Positions 50,701-64,000 of a DNA stretch of 64,000 nucleotides are shown in pieces. The notes beneath the pieces were generated by a model. The model had not been told where the DNA came from. It ran no database searches and was given only the letters and a program-made list of their open reading frames with translations. The position numbers and the translations under genes were made by a program. The stretch spans positions 1-64,000 of the forward strand of contig NMRA01000532.1 of NCBI GenBank assembly GCA_002633005.1. Reading direction: 5' to 3'. This DNA is from Phoronis australis (Eukaryota; Animalia; Phoronida). How positions within the stretch are numbered: position 1 is the stretch's first letter; every line of letters begins with the position of its first letter.

Positions 50701-53700
50701 GAATTCTTAAAATTTGTGAAATGAACAATTTAGAGCAAAGTAACAAATTAATACTGCCAGAAAATGTTACATTGAAAGTAAATCGAAATTGGATTAAATA
50801 AACGTGAAAAAAGGAAAGTAGGGATGGTGAATGAGCAGGTGACAACAAACTGAATAGCAAATTGAATTTAAATTCAGCTCAAGGAAACACGTTGATAAAA
50901 CGTGGCTATCAAAACCATAGCCTTCTTTACATCAGTATTCTTTCAAGGAACTGACAGACACAGCCTGGCTTAAACTAAAGTTCATTCACCGTCCTGAGGC
51001 TTAAGGGCAATGCAGCATATTTTTCTGCGAGAAGTCATCTGCTAGCATTTGATTTGGTTTACAGTTATTTTATGCTGCATCGAGTGGTGGTTCCTTTTTT
51101 CACAAATTGTAAAATTATGGAACTCTTTGTTGTCGCAGACAATTATCATTGTGTCTCCATTATGTGAGTAAAGCAACTTGCGTTTCTCGGTTGGATTGGG
51201 TCATACACCAGTGTATAACATGCTGAAACAACACAATGTGTGATTTTGTGTACACCACAAGTTATAAGAGAGATCTTAAATGTTAAGCGAATGAAAAATA
51301 GAGACAGCTCATTGAACCCATCAAATTCATTGAATTACTGAATTCTGAAAACTTCTGAAATAAACAATTAAGTGCAAAGTCAAAAATTAATACAGCCAGA
51401 ATATGGTACATTGAAGGTAAATTAAGTAAATCGAAAGTGCAAAATAAACCTGTGAAAAAAGGAAAGTAGGGATGGTGAATGACCAGGTGACAAAAAATGA
51501 ATAGCAAATTGACTTTAAATTCAGCCCAAGGAAACATGTTCATCAAACATGGCTATCAAAACCATCACCATCTTTACATCAGTATTCTTCAAAGGAACTG
51601 ACAGACACAGCTCTGGTTAAAACTAAAGTTCATTCACTATCCTGAGGCTTAAGGGCAATGCAGCATTTTTTTCAATACTCTGTTGGGAGAAGTCATCTGC
51701 TAGCATTTGGTTGGGTTTACAATTATTTTAGGCTGCATCAAGTGGTGGTTCCTTTTTTCACAAATTGTAAATTTATGGAATTCATTGTTATCACTAACAA
51801 CAAGCAACTTGTGTTTCTTGGTTGGATTGTGCAATACACCAATGTTTAACATGCTGAAACAACAGAATTTGTGATTTGATTTTGTGTTCACCACAAGTTA
51901 TAAGAGTGATCTTAACAAACCAAAGAATGTAGTGAAATTAGAAAGGAGTAATGCTTCATGAATTAAACAAATAAGTGCATTGAATTAATGGAGCTGTGTG
52001 AAATGGCACAAAGGAATGAATTGAACAAATAGGACAATGGAATGACTCTGTAGTGTCATTAAGTGAACATCAAAATAAAAGACCTGTAAAATACTAAAAA
52101 TTACTGAACTCACGAAATTTGATGGTTTGTTGATCTCTCATGGATACAGAAGCATTTGAAGTGGTAATTAAAGGCATGAAATGCACAGACTAAAAGGTTT
52201 CTCGAAGTTTGACAAGTGAGTGAAATTGTGTAATTCAATGACTTAATGAATCTTCAAATACTGCAATAAATTGATCCCTGTGTAGAACACACATATCAAA
52301 GGAATCCTTTTAATGATGTAATTGGAAACCGGCAATGTTATAAGGAATCGTGAAATGTGGTGAATTGACAAACCATTAAAAGGAGAGAAAATATTGCTTG
52401 TGTGAAAAGCAATGCAGTAATCACTGCATGGATTTGTGGAACAGAACAAACTAATGGTACAATGATGTCTTAAGAGCCTTTCATACTAACGTCAACGCGT
52501 CGATGGTTTGGGGAGTTGCGGTCAGTATGAACGCTTAAGTGTATCTGTAAAATGTAAAAAACAAGTGACCCACGAAAGACAAGGTAATAAACAAGTACAA
52601 CATGAGGGTAACTGTAAACGTGAGGATAAGCAAAGTCTCAGAAATTTAAATCGTAGGATGCATCATGGAGTGAAGAAGTAGTGCATCAAATTCCGTGAAG
52701 TACGACAATTGAATGACTCTGTAGAGTGTCATGAAATGAACAGAGAAATAAATAACCTGTAAAATTTCACAAATAAGGAACTGGAACTTGGGGGAATTAA
52801 ACAACCCCTACTCTGTCGGGGATAAAGAAACATTTCATGTGGTAAAGGACCCATGATATGCAACAAATCAATAGTGCCAAGTGAATGAAATTGTGAACTT
52901 TCTTTGAATTAATGAATCTTCAAAATGTGTTGAATGAACATATATATGATCGGTAATCGAATAATCCGTGTGTAGAATGGAACTATCAAGGGAATATAAA
53001 AATGCTAAAAATAAATGAAATGTTAGTATAAAATGCGAAAACCAGTGGGCCCTTGAAGTATCATGATTTAATGTAAAGGCATGGTAATCAAAGTCCTACA
53101 GTGTTGCTAGTCAAATATGTCATGCCAATGCTAAATGTTATTGGAAATAAAAATAGAGACAACTGAATGAACCCATCAAATGCATTGAATTACTGAATTC
53201 TTAAAATTTGTGAAATAAACAATTTAGAGCAAAGTAACAAATTAATACTGCCAGAAAATGTTACATTGAAAGTAAATCAAAATTGGATTAAATAAACATG
53301 TGAAAAAAGGAAAGTAGGGATGGTGAATGAGCAGGTGACAACAAATTGAATAGGAAATTGACATTAAATTCAGTTGAAGGAAACACGTTGATCAAACGTG
53401 GCTATCAAAAACCATAGCCTTCTTTACATCAGTATTCTTTCAAGGAACTGACAGACACAGCTCTGGCTAAAACTAAAGTTCATTCACTGTCCTGAGGCTT
53501 AAGGGCAATGCAGCATTTTTTTCTGCGAGAAGTCATCTGCTAGCATTTGATTCGGTTTACATTTATTTTATGCTGCATCGAATGGTGGTTCCTTTTTTCA
53601 CAAACTATAAAATTATGGAATTCTTTGTTGTCGCTGACAATTATCATTGTGTCTCCATTATGTGAGTGAAGCAAGTTGCGTTTCTTGGTTGGATTGAGTC

Positions 53701-54111
53701 ATACACCAGTGTATAACATGCTGAAACAACACAATGTGTGATTTTGTGTACACAACAAGTTATAAGAGAAATCTTAAATGTTAAGCGAATGAAAAATAGA
53801 GACAGCTCATTGAACCAATCAAATGCATTGAATTACTGAATTCTGAAAACTTCTAAAATTAACAATTAAGTGCAAAGTCAAAAATTAATACAGCCAGAAC
53901 ATAGTACATTGAAAGTAAATTAAATTAATCGAAAGTGCAAAATAAACATGTGAAAAAAGGAAAGTAGGGATGGTGAATGACCAGGTGACAAAAGATGAAT
54001 AGCAAATTGACTTTAAATTCAGCCCAAGGAAACATGTTGACCAAACATGGCTATCAAAACTGTAGCCTTATTTACATCAGTATTCTTCAAAGGAACTGAC
54101 AGACTCACCTG

Positions 54112-54497
54112 GGCCCGGTCTCCAATCTTTTTACTCGAAATGGAACTCGAAATTAGGTTTGGCATTTCTACACTACTTTTGGGCAAACTCAAGATAAGTG
54201 TCTATTATTCTATGCTCGAGTACACAATAACTTACGTAGATAATTTATTGACGTTAGTTCACATTTTGTAAACCCAATATTAAAGCAATTAAAGAAATTT
54301 CGAGTTTTTACTCGAGTTTGTAGGACGAATAAAAGGGTCTTCAAGGGCAAACTTGAACTAGGAACTCCTATGCATAAACTACTATATATTCGAGCACAAT
54401 CCGACAACCAATTATCTTAAGTTTGCACAAAAGGAGCAGAGAAATTGCCAAAAATAGTTTCAAGTTCGTTTCGAGTACAAAGATTAGAGACCGGGCC
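54112..54497. mobile_element. Same MITE in copy 2 (52 bp longer)
   Basis: Same TIRs and insertion site as 10703-11036. Confidence 0.85.
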
Positions 54498-54928
54498 CAG
54501 GTTAAAACTAAAGTTCATTCACTGTCCTGAGGCTTAAGGGCATGCAGCATTTTTTTTCAATACTCTATTGGGAGAAGTGATCTGCTAGCATTTGGTTGGG
54601 TTTACAATTATTTTATGCTGCATCAAGTGCTGGTTCCTTTTTTCACAAATTGTAAAATTATGGAATTCAGTGTTATCACTGACAATTGCCATTTTGTCTC
54701 CATTATATGAGGAAAGCAACTTGTGTTTCTTGGTTGGATTGTGCCATACACCAGACTGAGTGTATAACATGCTGAAACAGCACAATGTGTGATTTTGTGT
54801 ACACCACAAGTTATAAGAGTGATCTTAACAAACCAAAGAATGTAATGAAATTAGAAAGGAGTAATGCTTCATGAATAGAACAAATAAGTGCATTGAATTA
54901 ATGGAGCTGTGTGAAATGGCACAAAGGA

Positions 54929-55496
54929 CCTCTGATTGGTCGATTCAATCGAGGCCTCTGATTGGTCGGTTGAATCGAGGCCTCTGATTGGTCGGTTCAA
55001 TCGAGGCCTCTGATTGGTCGGTTGAATCGAGGCCTCTGATTGGTCGGTTGAATCGAGGCCTCTGATTGGTCGATTCAATCGAGGCCTCTGATTGGTCGGT
55101 TGAATCGAGGCCTCTGATTGGTCGGTTGAATCGAGGCCTCTGATTGGTCGATTCAATCGAGGCCTCTGATTGGTCGATTCAATCGAGGCCTCTGATTGGT
55201 CGATTCAATCGAGGCCTCTGATTGGTCGATTGAATCGAGGCCTCTGATTGGTCGATTGAATCGAGGCCTCTGATTGGTCGGTTGAATCGAGGCCTCTGAT
55301 TGGTCGGTTGAATCGAGGCCTCTGATTGGTCGATTCAATCGAGGCCTGTGATTGGTCGATTCAATCGAGGCCTCTGATTGGTCGATTCAATCAAGGCCTC
55401 TGATTGGTCGATTGAATCGAGGCCTCTGATTGGTCGATTGAATCGAGGCCTCTGATTGGTCGGTTGAATCGAGGCCTCTGATTGGTCGATTCAATC
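54929..55496. repeat. 26-bp minisatellite (CCTCTGATTGGTCGRTTSAATCGAGG) x ~22
   Basis: Near-perfect tandem units; same left junction (ggcacaaagga) as the array at 11456. Confidence 0.97.
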
Positions 55497-58400
55497 ACTT
55501 GTCAAACTTCAAGAATCCTTTTAGTCTGTGCATTTCATGCGTTTACTTACCACTTCAAATGTTTCTGTATTCATGACAGATCAACAAACCATCAAATTTC
55601 GTGAGTTCAGGAATTTTTAGTATTTTACAGTTCCTTTATTTTGATGTTCACTTAATGACACTACAGACTCATTCCATTGTCCCAGTTGGCACGACTCCAT
55701 TAATTCAATTCACCTATTTGTTCAATTCATTCCTTTGTGCCATTTCACACAGCTCCATTAATTCAATGCACTTATTTGTTCTATTCATGAAGCATTACTC
55801 CTTTCTAATTTCACTACATTCTTTGGTTTGTTAAGATCACTCTTATAACTTTGCTCACATAATGGAGACACAATGGCAATTGTTAGTGATAACAATGAAT
55901 TCCATAGTTTTACAATTGGTGAAAAAAAGAACCACCACTTGATGCAGCACAAAATAATTGTAAACCAAACCAAATGCTAGCAGATGACTTCTCCCAACAG
56001 AGTATTGAAAAAAATGCTGCATGCCCTTAAGCCTCAGGACAGTGAATGAACTTTAGTTTTAACCAGAGGTGTGTCTGTCAGTTCCTTTGAAGAATACTGA
56101 TGTAAAGAAGGCTACAGTTTTGATAGCCATGTTTGATCAACATGTTTCCTTGGGCTGAATTTAAAGTCAATTTGCTATTCAATGTTTTGTCACCTGCTCA
56201 TTCACCATCCCTACTTTCCTTTTTTCACATGTTTATTTAATACACTTTCGATTTACTTTCAATGTATTAATTTTTGACTTTGCACTTAATTGTTTATTTC
56301 AGAAGTTTTCAGAATTCAGTAATTCAATGGATTTTATGCATTCAATGAGCTGTCTCTTTTCATTCAATTAACATTTAAGATCTCTCTTATAACTTGTGGT
56401 GTACACAAAATCACACATTGTGTTGTTTCAGCATGTTATACACTGGTGTATGACCCAATCCAACCAAGAAACGCAAGTTGCTTTACTCACATAATGGAGA
56501 CTCAATGATAATTGTCAGCGACAACTAAGAATTACATAATTTTACAATTTGTGAAAAAAGGAACCACCACTCGATGCAGCATAAAATAACTGTAAACCGA
56601 ATCAAATGCTAGCAGATTACTTCTCGCAGAAAAAATGCTGCATTGCCCTTAAGCCTCAGGACGGTGAATGAACTTCAGTTTTAGCCAGAGCTGTGTCTGT
56701 CAGTTCCTTGAAAGAATACTGATGTAAAGAAGGCTATGGTTTTTGATAGCCACGTTTGATCAACGTGTTTCCTTGAGCTGAATTTAAAGTCAATTCGCTA
56801 TTTGGTTTGTTTTCACCTGCTCATTCACCATCCCTACTTTCCTTTTTTCACTTGTTTATTTAATCCAATTTCAATTTACTTTCAATGTACCACATTCATT
56901 ACTTTGCACTTAATTGTTCATTTCATAAATTTTAAGAATTCAGTAATTCAATGCATTTGATGGGCTCAATCAGTTGTCAGCTTGTTCATTCAACACGTTT
57001 TGAAGATTCATTTATTCAAAGAAATTTCCCAATATCATTCACTTGGCAGTACCTCAGGTCCCTATTGATTTGTTGCATATCTTGGTCCTTTACCACATGA
57101 AATGTTTCTTTATCCCCGACAGATTAGGGTTTCATTAATTCCCAAGTTCCAGTTCCTTATTTTTGAAATTTTACAGGTTATTTATTTCTGTGTTCATTTC
57201 ATGACAGTCTACAGAGTCATTAAATTGTCGTACTTCACAGAAATTGATGCACTACTTCTTCACTCCATGATGCATCTTACGATTTAAATTTCCAAGACTT
57301 TGGTTACCCTCACGTTTATGGTTACGCTCATGTTGTACTTGTTTATTAACTCGTCTTTTGTGGGTCACTTATTTTTTACATTTTATAGATTCACTTATAG
57401 TTAGAATTTTGCTTCCTCACACTATATTGAGTTCATTTTACGGGTTCTGTCATACTACAACAGCTTAATGATTGTGATATTTTGAGGGATTATTAATTTG
57501 TTCCGTACTCCAAAACTGCTTTTAACAAACCAATATTTTCTCAACTTTTAATGATTTATCATTAAATACATTCCTTCGATAGCTGCATTTTACACATTTG
57601 AGAGTTCATTAATTCATGGAATTTCAGTTTCATTATCTTGTTGTAGCTCAAGACGCCATTTACTTGATGCATTTCATGGATTCTTTACCACTTGAAACGC
57701 TTGTTTATCAATGAGATTGCAGAATTTTATTTCCCCCAATTTCATGAATTCAATTATATTTAGTATTTTACAGGTCATTTATTTCTCTGTTTATTTAATG
57801 ACACTCTACAGACGCATTCAATTATTGCATTTCACAAAACTCCATTAACTTGATGCTTTGTTTTGTTCAATTAATAATGCTTTTTACCATTCAAATTTTA
57901 CTACATTCTTTGGGGGTATAAGCTCATTGTGACAAGCAGTGGTCAAGTCCCTATTTTGTTGCACCAACATGTTATACAATGGTGTTTGGCGCAATTCAAC
58001 AAAGAATCACAATTTACTTTTCTCACAAACGCAACACATGGTAAATTACTTGTCAGTGACAATGAATTCCATAATTTTTGTATCAGGTCTCCTTTTATCT
58101 CTGGAAACAGCTTGTGACACACCTTTTATTTTCGAGACATACTTCGAATGTAAATACTGTTTCACTCGTTAAACATATTAATGTGAGAATATGAACCCCT
58201 TTTTCCTGCTTCCGGACTGGTCCATTAATCGTTTGTGTAGATTCGCATATGGCTCTTTTGCACACACACAGCGCACTAGGATATTTCTTTCCCAGGCTCA
58301 CTATTGGTTGTTTCTGTCTTGTGCCTCGAGTTTGGTCGCTTCTGGCACCTATAGGTTGATGATTATCACGTGTCTTTTGTTCTCAGTAACCATATGTTTC

Positions 58401-61400
58401 CTGTCATTCCTTCGCTTTAGCAGCACTTGCATTTGAGTTTAATCTCTCTTCATTTTTTCCCACCCATTACTACCCCCTTTTTCGGTGGTTTCTCTTACCC
58501 AAGTGCTGCACTTTTTATTACCCATCTCGACAACCTCCGCATCACGCGCACTCAAATATGACAGGTATGAACTCGTCAGTTCATGGTTTGGTTTTCGCAA
58601 AGTTCTTGCCTGGTGATTTTCATTATCACAACTTGGGGATGTGGCACTGTATACATGGGTGGGACTGATGTCTGCGCAGTCTTACAATTTGTTTGAACAG
58701 CAACTCGTCCATACTACAAATTTGAGAAGACATTAGGCAGTACGTGCTGTAGTTTTGTCCACAGTCAAGTGTCATTACTCAGTTTCAGTTGGTTTCATTT
58801 TTACTGCTTCTGAACTGCTAAAAATGGTTGTCTCAATGATATGATCAGTATCTGCCTTGAATTACCACAGTACTCATCCATAAGAACCTTTATGCAAGTT
58901 GAAACTTAATGTTACATACTGTTCGAAAGTTGTATACTAGATACTCAGTTTATGATTCCGTTCCAAGTGAAGGCTATTTCGATGCCTTCATTCCTCGTCT
59001 ACGTTCAATGGGGTAGTTCACTTTTTCAGCATCGGTTTCTCAAAGTTTTCAGTGGTCTCGAAAAATTCAACTCACACACAATAGCCTTGAAATGGTTGCC
59101 AGATCTCTCAAATAGCTCGTTTTGCTAGTCAAAAACAGACTCGCAAGTTTTATTGGTTTATTACACTTCTCTGCTACATGTTAAAATGCATGTATAGAAA
59201 TGTACACTTCGGCAACCCGATCATCCGAAACAGTTGATAACACAACGCAAATCCAGTCAGCAGCACCTTAAAAACCTGTTGGTCTCGGATGAGCCTGCAC
59301 TGTCCCAAACATCTCTTGTTTATTTTTTTTCCTATGCCCTTCTTTTCAGAGACTGTATTTTGAATTATTTTCACTGTTGCATCATAATAAATGACATTTT
59401 CCAAAATCCAACTATCCTATTTATTTCTGATAACAGACCTTCCCTGATGCATGGTCTATGTTCATTACGGCACATATGCCAAACATCAATTAGGTGTCTC
59501 AATTTAAACATATTAATGTGAGCACGAGTACCTTTTCATCTTTGTTTGCATGATACAGACAGCATTTCTTATCCACTCAACATGTAATTACACACAACTG
59601 TCTCATTCACAGTTCAAGGCCAATTGTTTTGGATATTTTGATTGCTATGTCTGTATGACACTCGTGCTACAGGTCACATTTTTCACCTACTAGATCGACA
59701 TGAAATTCACACTCCAGGTTTCTGTAATAGCTCAAGGCCTATTGTCTTAGTGACGCGAGATGGTGCAGTGACATCTATTTCTCAGTTTGCTGCTTTACAG
59801 AAACATGGGATTTTTTTGAAATTCGGTGCATGAATAGGTTACATAAAGTACCATTTGCATTTTGCCAGTCGTTTTTCTTAAAGACTTTCAGTTCCTGAGA
59901 TTTTCCAAGGAGTCCTGTTCCTTTTATTGATTATCTGTGTTGTATCTCCTGCTTTCTTGGATAGTATTTACCTAAATTTGGCATGTCGACAATAGATCTC
60001 GTCAAGCACTATCTACCATAGGCACTTTTCTCTAACCAAGTTATTGTTGTCCTGTATTCCAGATACAGCTGATCAGATGACTGTTGTTTTATCAAATAAT
60101 TCCTGGCTGCACGTTTGTTAGTCTATCAGTCATGCTACAGGACTCGTTTTACATAGTAATCATTCGCTCATTTCATTAATTAAACATTTGACTACCAACC
60201 AACACTGTACGGCTCATCGGTTTATTTTTAGCATTTTGGTTCCTTACACTCTATGAAATTGTTTATTTTACAGGCTTTGTCATAAAGGGAAACCCAGTTT
60301 ATTGATTGTGATATTGTGGGGGCTTAGTAATTTGTTAAGGCCCTTTCATATTCATAGTCTGACGGGAGCGTGGACGTAAACAGCGCAGTTAACTGGACCG
60401 TTCATTCCGGCTTCACTAGTTAATGAATATCAAAGCAAGCAGTTGTGTGCCGCTGTTGTCATCGAAGTTATCGCAAGGTAGTCTTGCACGCTAAGGTTTT
60501 ATCAGTGTTTCAATTCGGAAATATTATTTTTAAACCGGTTGCCTATTATTAGAGCAAAATATACGCAGCTATTAGTGACGGCACTACCCTGTAACTATTG
60601 ACGATGACAGTGGCACCTGCCGATAAGTTTGATTGGACCGGAGTTAAGCGTTCGTGCTGCACCGCAGTGTCAACCTGTTAATTGCGATGTTAACTGCGAT
60701 CCAGGACCAGAGTTGAGCATTCATACTGACAGCAACTCCCCAAACCATAGACGCATTGACGTTAGTATGAAAGGCCCTTTAGACATCATTGTACCATTAA
60801 TTTGTTATGTTCCACAAATCTAGCAAGGATTACTGCATTGCTTTTCACACAAGCAATCTTTTCTCACCTTTTAATGGTTTGTCAATTCACCACATTTCAC
60901 GATTTCTTATAACATTGTCGTCTTCCAATTACATCATTAAAAGGATTCCTTTTGATAGCTGTGTTCTACACAGGGATCAATTTATTGCGGTATTTGAAGA
61001 TTCAGTAAGTCATTGAATTACACCGTCAATTTCATTCACTTGTCAAACTTCAAGAATCCTTTTAGTCTGTGCATTTCATGCGTTTACTTACCACTTCAAA
61101 TGTTTCTGTATCCATGACAGATCAACAAACCATCAAATTTCGTGAGTTCAGTAATTTTTAGTATTTTACAGGTCTTTTATTTTGATGTTCACTTAATGAC
61201 ACTACAGACTCATTCCATTGTCATATTTGTTTAATTCATTCCTTTGTGCCATTTCACACAGCTCCATTAATTCAATGCACTTATTTGTTCAATTCATGAA
61301 GCCTTACTCCTTTCTAATTTCACTACATTCTTTGGTTTGTTAAGATCACTCTTATAACTTGTGGTGAACACAAAATCAAATCACCCATTGTGTTGTTTCA

Positions 61401-64000
61401 GCATGTTAAACAATGGTGTATGGCACAATCCAACCAAGAAACACAAGTTGCTTTGCTCACATAATGGAGACACAACAGCAATTGTTAGTGATAACAATGA
61501 ATTCCATCAATTTACAATTTGTGAAAAAAGGAACCACCACTTGATGCAGCATAAAATAATTGCAAACCCAACCAAATGCTAGCAGATGACTTCTCCCAAC
61601 AGAGTATAGAAAAAAATGCTGCATTGCCCTTAAGCCTCGGGATAGTGAATGAACTTTAGTTTTAACCAGATGTGTCCGTCAGTTCCTTTGAAGAATACTG
61701 AGATGTAAAGATGGCGATGGTTTTGATAGCCACGTTTGATGAACATGTTTCCTTGGGCTGAATTAAAGTCAATTTGCTATTCATTTTTTTTTCACCTGGT
61801 CATTCACCATCCCTACTTTCCTTTTTTCACTGGTTTATTTTGCACTTTCCATTTACTTAATTTACCTTCAATGTACCATATTCTGGCTGTATTAATTTTT
61901 GACTTTGCACTTAATTGTCTATTTCAGAAGTTTTCAGAATTCAGTAAGTCAATGAATTTGATGGGTTCAATGAGCTGTCTCTATTTTTCATTCAATTAAC
62001 ATTTAAGATCTCTTATAACTTGTGGTGTTCACAAAATCACACATGTGTTGTTTCAGCATGTTATACATTGGTGTATGACCCAATCCAACCAAGAAACGCA
62101 AGTTGCTTTACTCACATAATGGAGACACAATGATAATTGTCAGCGACAACAAAGAATTCCATGATTTTACAATTTGTGAAAAAAGGAACCACCACTCAAT
62201 GCAGCATAAAATAACTGTAAACCGAATCAAATGCTAGCAGATGACTTCTCGCAGAAAAAAATGCTGCATTGCCCTTAAGCCTCAGGACGGTGAATGAACG
62301 GTGAAGAAGGCTATGGTTTTGATAGCCACGTTTGATCAATGTGTTTCCTTGATCTGAATTTAAATTCAATTTGCTATTCAGTTTGTTGTCACCTGCTCAT
62401 TCACCATCCCTACTTTCCTTTTTTCACATGTTTATTTAATCCAATTTCGATTTACTTTCAATGTAACATTTTCTGGCAGTATTTATTTGTTACTTTGCTC
62501 TAAATTGTTCATTTCACAAATTTTAAGAATTCAGTAATTTAATGCATTTGATGGGTTCAATCAGTTGTCTCTATTTTTATTTCCATTAACATTTAGCATT
62601 GGCATGACATATTTGACTAGCAACACTGTAGGACTTTGATTACCATGCCTTCACTTTAAATCATGATACTTCAAGGGACCACTGGTTTTCACATTTTATA
62701 CTAACGTTTCATTTATTTTTAGCATTTTGCTTCCTCGCACTCAACGCTTTTGTTTATTTTACAGGATCTATTATTATGCTATACCTGTGTTATTGTTGAT
62801 TTGTGGTGGTTTGAGTTCATCAATTCACCAGATATTATTGCACTGTTTCACCAATCCTTAATTCCCTGCTTTACACAGAAACAACAATTTCTTATCTTTT
62901 AAAGGTTTGTCAATTCACCATGACTCTTCACAGCTTCCAATTCTATCAATATAAATACATTCCCTTTATAGTTCCATTCTAAACAGGGATTATTCGATTA
63001 CTGATCACAGATTTGTTCATTCAACACATTTTAAGATTCATTAATTCAAAGAAATTTCACAATATCATTCACTTGGCAGTACCTCAGGTCCCTATTGATT
63101 TGTTGCATATCATGGGTCCTTTTTCACATGAAATGTTTCTTTATCCCCGACAGATTAGGGGTTCATTAATTCCCAAGTTCCTGTTCCTTATTTTTGAAAT
63201 TTTACAGGTTATTTATTTCTCTGTTCATTTCATGACACTCTACAGTCATTCAATTGTCGTACTCCTGGCACCCACTGTATAGGTTGATGATTATCACGTT
63301 TCTAAGGGTTAACCTTTTGTTCTCAGTAACCATATGTTCCTGTCATTCCTTCGCTTTAGCAGCACTTGCATTAGTGCAATATTCAGATGACTGCTCTGTT
63401 ATTAACCAATTCCTTTCTGCACCTATGTCTGTAGGACACTCGTGCTACAGGTCACATTTTTCACTCCTACTAGATCAACATGAAATTCACACTCCAGGTT
63501 TCTGTAATAGCTCAAGGCCTATTGTTTTAGTGACACAAGATGGTGCAGTGACATCTATTTCTCAGTTTGCTGCTTTACGGAAACATGGGATTTTTTTGAA
63601 ATTTGGTGTATGAATAGGTTGCATAAAGTACCATCTGCATTTTGTCGGTCGTTTTTCGTAAAGACTTTAAGTTCTTGAGATTTTCCAAGTTGTCCTGTGA
63701 TGTATCTCCTGCTTTCCTTGATAGTATTTACCTAAATTTGGCATGTCGACAATAGATCTCGTCAAGCACTGTCTACCATATGCACTTTTCTCTCACCAAG
63801 TTATTATTGTCCTGTATTCCAGATATAGCCCATCAGATGACTTCTTTTATTAAATATTTCCTCGCCGCACGTTTGTTGGTCTGTCACAGTCAGGCTACAG
63901 GACTCGTTTTACATAGTCATCATTCGCTCGTTCCATTAATGAAAGTTTCATTAGCTTAGCAAATTTTTCTTATATTAACTGGTTTTTGCCAGCATATAGG
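55496..64000 (-). repeat. Inverted, shuffled copy of the distal part of the composite unit
   Basis: 56340-59640 is the reverse complement of about 10380-7100; 59645-60180 of 6490-5950; 60780-63250 of 52470-49980; 63375-64000 of 6535-5890. Confidence 0.93.
60338..60778. mobile_element. PIF/Harbinger-like MITE with TTA target duplication
   Basis: tta|AGGCCCTTTCATA ... TATGAAAGGCCCT|tta; one truncated end also at about 52472-52540. Confidence 0.75.

Larger units (their letters stand above)
41790..55496 (+). repeat. Large composite non-coding repeat unit, copy 2 (direct)
   Basis: Matches 1-11665, lacks about 5685-6060, and has extra module copies at about 50230-53400; true left boundary unknown. 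Confidence 0.95.

Noticed and set aside
54869-55338. Repetitive ORFs (NRPIRGLDSTDQSEAS...) also at 11425-11631
   Set aside because: By-product of a 26-bp unit cycling through three frames.
54929-55496. CRISPR-like palindromic repeat array
   Set aside because: No spacers, no cas genes, eukaryotic context.

Overview
AT-rich eukaryotic (invertebrate-like metazoan) genomic DNA from a gapped draft assembly. The only credible protein-coding gene is the 3' two-thirds of a Na+/Ca2+ exchanger (NCX/SLC8 family) on the + strand. It has 14 exons at 12608-27380, including a 25-nt microexon and a pair of 163-nt mutually exclusive exons in the first Ca2+-binding domain; its 5' exons are not in the window. 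A large non-coding composite unit occurs at 1-11665, again as a direct copy at 41790-55496, and as a rearranged inverted copy at 55496-64000. This unit carries splice-site-flanked non-coding exon candidates, a ~1.8-kb almost gap-free rod-like inverted repeat whose mismatches favour G:U pairs on the + strand, ten copies of a ~650-bp hairpin-rich module, and a 26-bp palindromic CCAAT-box array at its end/inversion hinge. The best novel candidate is a repeat-built structured lncRNA or hairpin-RNA locus. The rest is MITEs, Helentron-like elements, an L1/Tx1 remnant, minisatellites and two probable false duplications at assembly gaps. All alignments and counts were done by eye.
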